Origin: Vicinamibacterales bacterium
Lineage (GTDB): Bacteria > Acidobacteriota > Vicinamibacteria > Vicinamibacterales > CAVVIG01
DNA length: 64,000 nt
Direction: 5' to 3'
Assembly (NCBI GenBank): GCA_035939575.1
Contig: DASZFS010000504.1
Location: forward strand, 302-64,301
Shown here: piece after piece, positions 42,819 to 51,890 of the stretch
Layout of the letters: each line of letters opens with the position of its first letter
How positions within the stretch are numbered: the stretch's first letter is position 1
The notes under the pieces: generated by a model
Database searches by the model: none
What the model was told of the DNA's origin: nothing
What the model saw: only the letters and a program-made list of their open reading frames with translations
Translations under genes and position numbers: made by a program

Positions 42819-43724
42819 CTATTGCACCGTCAGCCGCGCGCGCTCGATTAAGTACCGCTTGTTCATCTCCGCCGATGCTCTTGGCGTCCCACTCGGATCG
42901 GGGACGCGATCGAGCTCGACGATCGCCCACTTGTCGAAGGCGATGTCGCTGAGCGCCGCGAACACACCCGGTAGATCGACGCGGCCGCGACCGAGCTCCA
43001 CGAACTCGTATCCCCCGCCTGACCCGCCTGACCTGTCTCCCGGGGCCGCCGCATCCCTGACATCCTTGAGGTGGACCACGTCAATCCACTCCCGGTACTC
43101 GCGGATGGCCGCGACCGGATCGCCGCCGCCCTGTTGATAGTGAGCCACATCGAAGAGCAGCCGCACGTGCCGCGCGTCCGCGGCGTCGAGCACCGCCCGC
43201 ACTTCCTGCGGTTTCTCCCCGGTGCTGTTCATGTGATGGTGATACGCGACCCGCACGCCGGCGTCAGCCGTCCGCTTGCCGAGCTCGGTCAGCAGACGCC
43301 CGAGCCGTCGGTAGTCATCTGGCACGACCGGGCGCCCCTTCGGCCGCTCGTCGATCACCTGCAGGTAGTGTCCGCCTGCATCGCGGAGAAACCGCGCGTG
43401 CTGGACGTGCATCGACAGCATTTCCTCTTCCCGCGACGGATCGATCGAGAGGTTGCCGCTCGAGAGGACGGCGAACGTCAGCCGGTACCGATCGAGCAGC
43501 GCGCGCAGCGCCTTCGGCCGGTTGCCGTACTGGGCGAACGCCTCGCCGCGAAGCTGAATCGCGCGGAACCCGACCGCCGAGATGTCCTCGATCGCCTTGT
43601 CGATGTCCGCGCCCCACGTGATGGCCGCGTAGCCAAGCTTCATCGCCGCCGCGGCGGCCCGCCCCGCCCGCAACGCCACGGTTGACGAGGCGACCGCCGT
43701 CAGAAACTCGCGTCGTGTCACCAT
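42819..43724 (-). CDS. Xylose-isomerase-like TIM-barrel protein, Tat-exported
   Basis: Starts [25 protein letters not shown], with ...AYHHHMNS...[12 protein letters not shown]...VHLKDV. Confidence 0.8.
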   Translation of the reverse strand: MVTRREFLTAVASSTVALRAGRAAAAAMKLGYAAITWGADIDKAIEDISAVGFRAIQLRGEAFAQYGNRPKALRALLDRYRLTFAVLSSGNLSIDPSREEEMLSMHVQHARFLRDAGGHYLQVIDERPKGRPVVPDDYRRLGRLLTELGKRTADAGVRVAYHHHMNSTGEKPQEVRAVLDAADARHVRLLFDVAHYQQGGGDPVAAIREYREWIDVVHLKDVRDAAAPGDRSGGSGGGYEFVELGRGRVDLPGVFAALSDIAFDKWAIVELDRVPDPSGTPRASAEMNKRYLIERARLTVQ

Positions 43725-44926
43725 GAGTGCACCGTCCCATCCAGCTTGCGGTTGACCGGCAGGTACGCCGGCTCGTATGGATGCGCAGCGGCCAGCGTTT
43801 CGTCGATGTCGACGCCCAGGCCGGGCGCCCCGCCCGGGTGCATCGCGCCGTTCTCGAAAGTATACGCGTGCGGGAATACCCGGTCGGTCTCGGGGGTGTG
43901 CCGCATGTACTCCTGCACGCCGAAGTTGTGGACGCTCAGGTCGAAGTGCAGCGCCGCGGCCATCGCGACCGGGCTGAGATCGGTCGCGCCGTGACAACCG
44001 GTGCGCACGTGGTGCAGCTCGGCCAGCGCCGCGACCTTGCGCAGGTGGCTGATGCCGCCGCCGTGCACGACGGTCATGCGGATGTAGTCGATCAGCTCTT
44101 CTTCAATGAGCTGCGCGGCGTCGTAGATCGTGTTGAACACTTCTCCGACCGCAATCGGCGTCGTCGTGTGCTGACGGATCGTCCGGAACGCCGCCTGGTT
44201 CTCGGCCGGAACCGGATCCTCGAGCCAGAACAGCCGGTACGGCTCGAGGCTCTTGCCCAGCCCCGCCGCCTCGATCGGCGTCAAGCGGTGGTGCACGTCG
44301 TGCAGCAGGTGGACGTCGAAGCCAACCTCGCGCCGGAGGCGATCGAACAGCGGCGGCACGACGTCGAGGTAGCGCTCGGTGCTCCACACGCTCTCGAGCG
44401 GCATCCCTTTCTGGGCCGGCTCGTAGTACAGCGAGCCGCGGCCGACGCCGTACGCGTGGACCACGCCGGGGATCGCGCACTGCGCGCGCACGGCCTTGTA
44501 GCCCATGCCGATGTACTCCTGCACCGCTTTCACCGTGTCGGCTTCGGTCGAGCCGTTCGCGTGACCGTAGACCATCACGGCGTCGCGCGACGCGCCGCCG
44601 AGCAGCTGGTACACGGGCGTATCGAGCGTCTTGCCGAGAATGTCCCACAACGCCGTGTCGACCGCGCCGATCGCGGCCATCGTCACGGGGCCGCGCCGCC
44701 AATACGCGCCCTTGTAGAGGTACTGCCAGGTGTCCTCGATGCGGCGGGCGTCGCGCCCGACGAGGAGCGGCAGCACGTGATCGGTGAGATAGCTCGCCAC
44801 CGCGAGCTCGCGGCCATTGAGCGTCGCGTCTCCGAGCCCGTAGATGCCATCCTCCGTCATGAGCTTCAGCGTGACGAAGTTCCGGCCCGGACTGCAGGCA
44901 ATGACTCTGGCATCCGTGATTTTCAT
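43718..44926 (-). CDS. manD: D-mannonate dehydratase-type enolase-superfamily enzyme (ManD subgroup)
   Basis: Starts [83 protein letters not shown], which closely matches the ManD N-terminus. Forms an ATGA overlap with the MFS stop. Confidence 0.85.
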   Translation of the reverse strand: MKITDARVIACSPGRNFVTLKLMTEDGIYGLGDATLNGRELAVASYLTDHVLPLLVGRDARRIEDTWQYLYKGAYWRRGPVTMAAIGAVDTALWDILGKTLDTPVYQLLGGASRDAVMVYGHANGSTEADTVKAVQEYIGMGYKAVRAQCAIPGVVHAYGVGRGSLYYEPAQKGMPLESVWSTERYLDVVPPLFDRLRREVGFDVHLLHDVHHRLTPIEAAGLGKSLEPYRLFWLEDPVPAENQAAFRTIRQHTTTPIAVGEVFNTIYDAAQLIEEELIDYIRMTVVHGGGISHLRKVAALAELHHVRTGCHGATDLSPVAMAAALHFDLSVHNFGVQEYMRHTPETDRVFPHAYTFENGAMHPGGAPGLGVDIDETLAAAHPYEPAYLPVNRKLDGTVHSW

Positions 44927-46242
44927 AGAACGCTTTGTGCCGCTCGTGCGCGAGGCGCGCTGGGGAGGAGGGAGACCGCGCCGGCGCCGACAAGAGCGAT
45001 CGCCGCCAGCAGGAGGAATCCGCCATTGTAAGTGCCGGTACGGTCGCGCAGGTAGCCGACCAGCATCGGCGCCGTCGCTTCGGCGACGCCGTCGGCCGTC
45101 AGCACGATCCCCATCACGCGCCCGAGCACGCCGACGCCGAACAGCTCGCCGGCCATCAGCGGGATGATCAAGTACTCGCCGCCAAGCCCCAACCCGAAGA
45201 CCCCCGCGAACAGGTACGGCGTCGCCGCGCCCGGCGCCGCGGCACGCGGGGCCCCGGGCCCGCCGGAGACCCCGGAGACAAAGACGAGCAGCGGAATCGC
45301 CGCCGCGACGAGCAGATAGATGAGCAGCATGACGCGCTTGCGTGGCACGCGATCCGCCAGCCAGCCCATGAGGAGCCGGCCCGCGATGCTGATCGCCAGC
45401 ACCAGCGAGATGATACCCGCGGCGTCGGATTGTGAGTACCCGCGATCGAGGCTGAGGAACAGCTTCAGGTGCTGATTGGTGCCGCCGACGGCGGCAATCG
45501 AGCACATGCTCGCGAGGGCGAGGAGATAGAAGGCAGGAGTCGCCAGGATCGCGCGGAGCCGTACCGGCGGATCCGGCTCCGCCCCCTCCCCGAACCGCTG
45601 GGCGCGCCCGGGCTTGACGTCATCCCCGTCGGCCCCGTCATCCCCATCATCCACATCATCCCCGCCACGGCCACGTGGGTTCTCCCGCACGCGGTACGCG
45701 AGCGGCAGCGCGACGAGCACGATCAGAACACCGAGCAGCTGCAGCGATAGACGCCAGCCGACGCGCGCCGTCAGCCACGCCGCCAGCAGCGGCACGATCG
45801 CGCCACCGATGCCGATGCCCAAGTATGCGATCCCCATGACCTTGCCACGCGTCTTGTCAAACCAGCGGGAGACCAGCACCTGGCACGGCAGCGGCCCGCC
45901 GCATACGTATCCGAGCGCGTTGAAGAAGTAGAAGAAGTAGAACGCGCCCGCCAGCGACGTGGCTCCGAGGCCGATCAGCGCGCCGCCCGCCATGACGATG
46001 CCGGCCATCATCAGACGGCGCGGGCCGAAACGATCGACGATCCATCCGGCCGCAAATCCGAACACCGGGCCGACGACCAGCTTGCTGATCGCGTTGCCCG
46101 ACGTGACCATGGTGCGCGACCAGCCGAGCTCCCGCACCATGAAGTCGTAGTAGAGCGGCAGCCCGTACAACGCGAGGCCGACGACCGAAAACAGCGCCGC
46201 GAACGCGGTCGCCGTCACTTGAACGCCGGATGACTTCTTCAC
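44923..46242 (-). CDS. MFS transporter with acidic central loop
   Basis: 12-TM pattern. The central loop contains [20 protein letters not shown] 46242 is preferred because ATG 46314 would overlap the divergent iolB region; the start is uncertain. Confidence 0.7.
   Translation of the reverse strand: MKKSSGVQVTATAFAALFSVVGLALYGLPLYYDFMVRELGWSRTMVTSGNAISKLVVGPVFGFAAGWIVDRFGPRRLMMAGIVMAGGALIGLGATSLAGAFYFFYFFNALGYVCGGPLPCQVLVSRWFDKTRGKVMGIAYLGIGIGGAIVPLLAAWLTARVGWRLSLQLLGVLIVLVALPLAYRVRENPRGRGGDDVDDGDDGADGDDVKPGRAQRFGEGAEPDPPVRLRAILATPAFYLLALASMCSIAAVGGTNQHLKLFLSLDRGYSQSDAAGIISLVLAISIAGRLLMGWLADRVPRKRVMLLIYLLVAAAIPLLVFVSGVSGGPGAPRAAAPGAATPYLFAGVFGLGLGGEYLIIPLMAGELFGVGVLGRVMGIVLTADGVAEATAPMLVGYLRDRTGTYNGGFLLLAAIALVGAGAVSLLPSAPRARAAQSVL
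45619..45663. repeat. In-frame 9-bp tandem repeat x5 (GTCATCCCC-like)
   Basis: The units GTCATCCCC GTCGGCCCC GTCATCCCC ATCATCCAC ATCATCCCC, read directly, encode the Asp/Gly-rich loop of the MFS gene on the minus strand. Confidence 0.6.
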
Positions 46243-46331
46243 ATGGGTCCCTGCGCGGAGGCTTGTCCTTAAAGTGGCTTTACCGCTAAAGACTGACACA
46301 AATGGCGCTACCATTTCACGTCGAGGTCACC

Positions 46332-47153
46332 ATGGCGCTGCAGCAGATTCGCAAGGACACGTGCATCGTTCGGAACACCGCCACCGGCAAGGGCCGCCAC
46401 CTGTCGATCGCGCCGGGATCGACCGCATCCCGCTATCTCCACTACGGCCGCATCGTGCTCGACAAAGGCGACGCGCCGCTTCATGTCGAGACAGGTCAGC
46501 TCGAGACCGGCCTCGTCTGCTTGAAAGGGTCCGCGACCGTCCAGGCGGGCGGTGAATCGTTCACGCTGGGCAAATTTGACTCGCTCTACGTGCCCCGCGA
46601 CTCTGCCGTCGACGTCGCTCCCGGCGTCCAGGGCTGTGACCTCGCGGAGATTGCGGCGCCGGTCGGACAAACGTATCCGATCCAGTTCGTGAAATTCGCG
46701 GACGTGCAAAAGGATCCTGGGCTGCGGTTCAACGCCGGCAAGGAGACGAACCAGCGCGAAGTGAACATCCTGATCGGCAAGAACGTCGAGGCGGGCCGCA
46801 TCATGGCGGGCGTGACCTTCAGTGCGCCGGGCAACTGGACGTCGTGGCCGCCGCACGAGCATGCCGCGATCCTCGAAGAGGCCTATCTGTACATCGATAT
46901 GCCGGCGCCGGCGTACGGCGTTCAGCTCGTGTATACCGACGGGACCGAGCCGGAGCTCGCGACGATTGTGCACGAAGGCGATGTGGTGTTGATGCCGCAG
47001 GGGTACCATCCGAACGTTGCTGCGCCAGGCGGGTCGATCAATTTTCTGTGGATGATGGCGGCCAACCGCGAGCGCGAAGATCGGCAGTACGGCGTGGTCA
47101 ACGTGCAGCCGGAATTTGCCGCCATCCCGACGGGGCTCGACAAGGGGCGATGA
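46332..47153 (+). CDS. iolB: 5-deoxy-glucuronate isomerase family cupin (IolB/KduI family)
   Basis: Contains GNWTSWPPHEH...EEAYLYIDM...GVQLVYTD...VVLMPQGYHPNVAAPGGSINFLWMMAA, which matches IolB signature segments. Confidence 0.8.
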   Translation: MALQQIRKDTCIVRNTATGKGRHLSIAPGSTASRYLHYGRIVLDKGDAPLHVETGQLETGLVCLKGSATVQAGGESFTLGKFDSLYVPRDSAVDVAPGVQGCDLAEIAAPVGQTYPIQFVKFADVQKDPGLRFNAGKETNQREVNILIGKNVEAGRIMAGVTFSAPGNWTSWPPHEHAAILEEAYLYIDMPAPAYGVQLVYTDGTEPELATIVHEGDVVLMPQGYHPNVAAPGGSINFLWMMAANREREDRQYGVVNVQPEFAAIPTGLDKGR

Positions 47154-47201
47154 ACCGGCGCGAGTTCCCTTCGGGGGAAACGGGGCCCCCAGAGTTCCTT
47201 A

Positions 47202-47642
47202 TCACTTGATTTCGTATGAGATGAGCACGACGAGGTCGTCCGCGCCCATCTGCTTCAGCGAGTGCGAGCTGCCGGGCCGCGTGAGCACCGCCGTCCCAGG
47301 CGTCATGTCCACCTTCGTCCCGTCGACGGTCATCACACCTTTGCCGCTGATGACGTAGTAGACCTCATCCTCGTGCTGCTCGTGCAGGCCGACGCCGGCA
47401 CCGGGATGCAGGGCCCGCTTCCGGAAGATGAACTTCATGCCAGGCGTCTTATCGAAGAACGAGTAGCCGACCGTCTGCCCGCCGCCGTCGTGGGTGCCAG
47501 GCTCGTTCTTCGCGATCTCGGCGTCGTGCTGCACGATGAAACCGCCCTTCACCTTCGGCGGCTGCGCGACCAGCACGGCCGCCGCGCCGATGAATATTCC
47601 CAGGCAGAGTGCCCCCACGGACATCGCAGTCATCGTTCTCAT
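47202..47642 (-). CDS. Cupin-domain protein with signal peptide
   Basis: Starts MRTMTAMSVGALCLGIFIGAAAVLVAQ, then HPGAGVGLHEQHEDEVYYVISGKG...GSSHSL. Forms an ATGA overlap with the upstream stop. Confidence 0.7.
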   Translation of the reverse strand: MRTMTAMSVGALCLGIFIGAAAVLVAQPPKVKGGFIVQHDAEIAKNEPGTHDGGGQTVGYSFFDKTPGMKFIFRKRALHPGAGVGLHEQHEDEVYYVISGKGVMTVDGTKVDMTPGTAVLTRPGSSHSLKQMGADDLVVLISYEIK

Positions 47643-49123
47643 TGAGTCTCCTTGTCGCTCGCGCTCCTCGCGTGGGTGCGGACGTCGCGAACCTGGATCG
47701 CCTCCGGACGCGCGGCATAGAAACGATCGAGTGGATAGCAGCCCGAGACAAGGCCGAGGCGCGGGCCGGTCGTGCAGTCGCTGAATGTACGGCAGAACTG
47801 CGCGCGCTTGAGCGGCGCGCCGCTCAGCAGGTCGGCCGGCAGATCGGGGTACGACAGCGCAACCCGGCCCAGGCCAACGAAGTCGCAGAGCCCTGTGCGG
47901 ACGTTGTGCTGGCCGACATGTGGCAGCCACTCCTGCAGGTAGCTGTACGCGGACCCGACGAACGCCATCTGCGGGAAATCGCGCTTCAGGATCGCGGTTG
48001 CCTGAATCTGGCGCCACACGCCGCGCAGGGGGTCTTCAGGCGGCTCGTAGCCGTCGACCGGCGGGAACAGCGCCGGCCGCTGGACGTGCGGGTTGTAGTA
48101 CGGACTTCCGGCGGTCACGCAGATCCAGCGGATGCCGAGGCCGTCCAGCATCCGGAGCACGGCGCGGGCATCGTCGAGCGCCGCGTCGATCTGCCCGTCG
48201 CTCTCCAGCAGGCCGAATCCCGGTACTGGAAGTCCCGGGAATCCGTCGCCGCAGGAGGCGGCGGGCTCCGGTTCACCAACGTGATCGCCGGCGCGTTTGC
48301 GATACGGCACGGTGTCGAACACCGACAAGCGGACGGCGATCTCGAGCCCGCTGACGTGCGCGCGCACGGCGTCGACGACGCGCCGCATGAAATGCGTGCG
48401 GCCGGCGAGCTCGCCGCCGTACGGGCCGCTGCGCGTGCGGGCGCCGAGCAGCTCGTGACCAAGATACCCGTGGCACGCCTTCAGGTCGACGAAACGAAAG
48501 CCGGCGTCGCGCGCCAGCCGCGCCGCGGCGACGAAGTCGTCGACCAGCGCATCGAGTTCGGCGTCCTCGAACACGCGTACGCCCCCCGGAAAGCGGCGGT
48601 CGAGCGCCGGGTTGGGGCACGCGGCGATCGGCGACGGACAGTCGTACACGTCGGGCCTCGCGTACCGGCCCGAGTGCGTCAGCTGCAGCCCGATATAGAG
48701 ATCGCCGTCGGCGTTGGATCCGAAGCGCTCGCGGTGCGCAGCGACCAGCGCCTCGCGCAGGGCGGCGATCGCGCCCGCCGTGCGCGGAGACAGCATGAGC
48801 TGATGCGGGTTCGCGCGGCCGTCGTGGCGGACGGCGACCGCCTCACCGCCCCAGATCAGCTTCGCACCGCTCCTCCCGAAGCTCCGCCACCGCCGGTGCG
48901 TCAGGTCGCTCGGCGCGCCGTCACGCGTGCCGTCCCAGCCTTCCATCGGCAGGATGCACAGGCGGTTGCCGACACGGACACCAGCGGCGTCGAACGGCCA
49001 CGCGAACGGCGACGCCGTCGGCGGCATAAGTTCGGCGTCGAAGGCCAGCGGGATGGCGCTGCGCTCGAGGTGCGCGCGCAGCGCGCCGGCGTTCTTGAGC
49101 GATGCGATGCGGGCGTAGGTCAG
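47639..49123 (-). CDS. NADH:flavin oxidoreductase (Old Yellow Enzyme-like TIM barrel)
   Basis: Contains GNRLCILPMEGWDGTRDGAPSDLTHRRWRSFGRSGAKLIWGGEAVAV and DLKACHGYLGHELL. The track start is ATG 49027. I extend to CTG 49123, because the in-frame LTYARIASLKNAGALRAHLERSAIPLAFD resembles the usual N-terminus of this subfamily and AAGGAG lies 5 nt upstream. Confidence 0.75.
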   Translation of the reverse strand: MTYARIASLKNAGALRAHLERSAIPLAFDAELMPPTASPFAWPFDAAGVRVGNRLCILPMEGWDGTRDGAPSDLTHRRWRSFGRSGAKLIWGGEAVAVRHDGRANPHQLMLSPRTAGAIAALREALVAAHRERFGSNADGDLYIGLQLTHSGRYARPDVYDCPSPIAACPNPALDRRFPGGVRVFEDAELDALVDDFVAAARLARDAGFRFVDLKACHGYLGHELLGARTRSGPYGGELAGRTHFMRRVVDAVRAHVSGLEIAVRLSVFDTVPYRKRAGDHVGEPEPAASCGDGFPGLPVPGFGLLESDGQIDAALDDARAVLRMLDGLGIRWICVTAGSPYYNPHVQRPALFPPVDGYEPPEDPLRGVWRQIQATAILKRDFPQMAFVGSAYSYLQEWLPHVGQHNVRTGLCDFVGLGRVALSYPDLPADLLSGAPLKRAQFCRTFSDCTTGPRLGLVSGCYPLDRFYAARPEAIQVRDVRTHARSASDKETQ

Positions 49124-49307
49124 AACGTCTCCTTGTCGGCATTGGCCAGCCGCTTGTCGAACATGTCGGGTTCAGGATATTCCCTTTCCTTGTCGTCGGG
49201 CTCGAGCGCCGCCGCCGCATGCGACTCTGCCGGTAAAGTCAATGGATTCTGACGCATATCGACGGTCGCGCTGTGCTACGATCCGCCGTCCACGCTCGAG
49301 GTATGCG

Positions 49308-50690
49308 ATGACGCGCTTCCTCACGGCCTGCCTGTTCTTCTGCCTCGTCGTCGCCGCTAGAACCGAGGACGCGTATCCGCCCAACTACGTCGCCGCGTCG
49401 CTCGTCCGCCTGAACGACAACGGCGGCTGGTCCTGGTTCATGGATCCGCGCGTGATCGTGAACGAAGGGAAACTGATCATCGGGTCGGTGCGCGCGGTCG
49501 GCAGCAACCAGGCCAACGTGACCGATCCGCGGTCGGGCAACGTCGAGGTGTCGGTATACGAGATCGAGACCGGCAAGGCCGACACGGTCGTGCTCCATCC
49601 GCACCTCGAGCAGGACGACCATGACGCGCCGGCCTTCTACGTGCGGCCCGACGGGCGCATCCTGGCGGTCTACAGCATGCATGCGCGCGAGCGGCGCATG
49701 TACTATCGGCTTTCGGAACCGCACAACCCGCTCGTCTGGAGCGCGGCGCGCAGCGTCGAAACGCCTGGGGACGCTGCCGACTACGCCGGGAACAACGCGA
49801 CCTACGCGAACCTGTTCCGCATGCCGAACGGGCGCCTGTACAACTTCATCCGCGCCTTTCATCACGATCCGAACTACATGTACTCGGACGACGAAGGGAA
49901 CACGTGGACGTACGGCGGCCGGTGGCTGTACGGCAAAGGCGGCTACAGCCCGTACCTGAAGTACGCGGACGACGGCAAGGGGACGATCCATTTCGTCGCA
50001 ACGGAAGACCATCCGCGCAACTTCGACAACAGCCTGTACCACGGCTACGTGAAGGACGGCGCGATGTACAAGACAGATGGCACGAAAGTCGGCACGCTCA
50101 GCACCTCCACCGAGACGCGCGTCGCGACCTGGGACTTCACGAAGCTCTACGAGGGCGGCCCCGACAACGTGGCGTGGATGGTGGACGTCGAGCTCGACCC
50201 CAGCGATCGGCCGTACGTCCTGTTCTCGACGCAAATCGACGGCCGCGGGCTGCCGCGCGGCCAGGGCGGGATGGATCTGCGCTATCACTACGCGCGGCTC
50301 GGCGCCACCGGCTGGCGCCACGAGGAGATCGCGCACGCCGGCACTCGCCTCTATCCGGGCGAAGACGACTACTCCGGACTCGGCGCGCTCGATCCGAACA
50401 ACCCCGACGTGCTCTACATCTCGACCGATGCCGATCCGGTCACCGGCGCACCGCTCATGAGCGCCGCCGACGGGAAGCGGCACTACGAGCTGTTCCGGGG
50501 TGAGCGATCGGCCGCCGGACGCTGGACGTTTACTCCGTTCACCCGCAACTCGACGTACGACAACCTGCGTCCGGTGATCCCGAAATGGAAGGACCGGCGC
50601 ACCGCGATCGCGTGGATGCGCGGATCGTACGTGCACAACCACGGTGAGTGGTATTCGTCCGTCGTGGCGGCCATCATCCCGCCGAAATGA
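49308..50690 (+). CDS. Secreted BNR_4-type beta-propeller protein (possible glycan-active enzyme)
   Basis: Signal peptide MTRFLTACLFFCLVVAA. Also contains WSWFMDPRVIV, DDHDAPAFYVRPDGRILAVY, MYSDDEGNTWTYGG and IHFVATEDHPRNFDNSLYHGY. Confidence 0.65.
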   Translation: MTRFLTACLFFCLVVAARTEDAYPPNYVAASLVRLNDNGGWSWFMDPRVIVNEGKLIIGSVRAVGSNQANVTDPRSGNVEVSVYEIETGKADTVVLHPHLEQDDHDAPAFYVRPDGRILAVYSMHARERRMYYRLSEPHNPLVWSAARSVETPGDAADYAGNNATYANLFRMPNGRLYNFIRAFHHDPNYMYSDDEGNTWTYGGRWLYGKGGYSPYLKYADDGKGTIHFVATEDHPRNFDNSLYHGYVKDGAMYKTDGTKVGTLSTSTETRVATWDFTKLYEGGPDNVAWMVDVELDPSDRPYVLFSTQIDGRGLPRGQGGMDLRYHYARLGATGWRHEEIAHAGTRLYPGEDDYSGLGALDPNNPDVLYISTDADPVTGAPLMSAADGKRHYELFRGERSAAGRWTFTPFTRNSTYDNLRPVIPKWKDRRTAIAWMRGSYVHNHGEWYSSVVAAIIPPK

Positions 50691-50712
50691 CTGCGGGGGC
50701 GTCGCTGAAAAC

Positions 50713-50746
50713 GGGCTGAAGACTCATGGCCGCGATGAGTTCTCAG
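50713..50746. repeat. REP/MITE-like element, copy E (internally deleted mini-hairpin)
   Basis: In GGGCTGAAGACTCATGGCCGCGATGAGTTCTCAG, the outer ends of both arms are retained and joined. It lies between convergent stops at 50690 and 50747. Confidence 0.55.
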
Positions 50747-51670
50747 CTACCAGGGCATCGTTCGCTTCGAGTACCGCCGCCCGATTTCCGCTGCCTGTTG
50801 AGACCCGGTGCCGATCATCACGCCTTCTTTGATCATGTCAACGACGTTGTCAGCGTTGACGCTGTTGAGGAAGAAGATCCTGCTCGCCTTCGTCGCCGCG
50901 AGCACGCGCGCGCGCGCGGCCTGCAGCTGCGAAGGCAGCGGACCGGGGCCGTTCTTGACGCCGAGCGAGAACGCCATGTCACCCGGTCCCCACTCCGCGA
51001 ACCCGATGCCCGGAACCTTCGCGTTGGCCTCGGCGTTTTCGAGCGCATACTTGTCCTCGAGCTTGAGGCCGAGCAGCAGTTCCCCGCTCGGGTTGAGCGG
51101 CCAGGCATCGGCCTTTTCGCCGTACTCGTCAACCGGGATCCCCCAGATGCGCGCCGCCGTCGGGTTGCCGTGCACGCCGCGGCGCCCACCGTATGCCGGA
51201 AACCGCACCGCTTCGACGAACGCGCGCACCGCGCCCGGTGTGTCCGCATGACACAGCAGGATGCCGTGCACGCCGGTCGCGAGCACCTGCTGAAACATCC
51301 ACGCGTTGGCGCGCACGGTCGCTTCGTCGGTGCCGTTGACCGGCACGTTCACGATGACGGCGGGCGTGCGATGGCCGCTCCTGGTCGGGCCGCCCTGCGC
51401 CAGCCCGCGCATGTACTCCGCGAGACCCTTCACATCGAACGGGGCGTGCTCCATGTCATAGCTGATGTAGTCGGCCCATGTCTGGGCGTCCTTGACGCCC
51501 TGATCGAAGCTGCCTTCCGTGCCCTCGTGCGAGCCCGTGTAGTAGATCGGCTGCCCCTGCGCGAGCAGCTCGATCGCGCGGTTGACCCGCTGCGGCTTCG
51601 GCGCGTCCGCCGCGAGGAACGTGACCAGAAACGCGAAGAGCGTAGCGGCTGCGAAGAATCGGTTTTTCAT
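50747..51670 (-). CDS. HpcH/HpaI-family class II aldolase with N-terminal signal peptide
   Basis: Starts MKNRFFAAATLFAFLVTFLAADAP, with ...YISYDMEHAPFD..., ...GVHGILLCHADTP..., ...GLKLEDKYALENAE.... Confidence 0.75.
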   Translation of the reverse strand: MKNRFFAAATLFAFLVTFLAADAPKPQRVNRAIELLAQGQPIYYTGSHEGTEGSFDQGVKDAQTWADYISYDMEHAPFDVKGLAEYMRGLAQGGPTRSGHRTPAVIVNVPVNGTDEATVRANAWMFQQVLATGVHGILLCHADTPGAVRAFVEAVRFPAYGGRRGVHGNPTAARIWGIPVDEYGEKADAWPLNPSGELLLGLKLEDKYALENAEANAKVPGIGFAEWGPGDMAFSLGVKNGPGPLPSQLQAARARVLAATKASRIFFLNSVNADNVVDMIKEGVMIGTGSQQAAEIGRRYSKRTMPW

Positions 51671-51754
51671 GATCGCACCTGCTCCCGTACGAGACATTAC
51701 ACTAGAAGCGATTTCATGGATGCCTCGGCAGAAGCGACACTGATGACCCAGAAT

Positions 51755-51890
51755 GGGGCTGGAGACTCGTGGCCGCGTGCAGTTGCCTCGCCCAAAGATC
51801 AGGGTTCTCAAGAGTTGGACAGGGTCGTTGGAGGGCGTAGACAACTGCACGCGACCATGAGTCTTCAGCCCACCTCAGAGTCTTCAGCCC
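51755..51890. repeat. REP/MITE-like element, copy F (complete unit plus tail module)
   Basis: Arms 51755-51793 and 51833-51871 are reverse complements. The spacer is near-identical to that of copy D. Tail is ACCTCAGAGTCTTCAGCCC. It lies in a divergent promoter region and ends 9 nt before ATG 51900. Confidence 0.85.
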
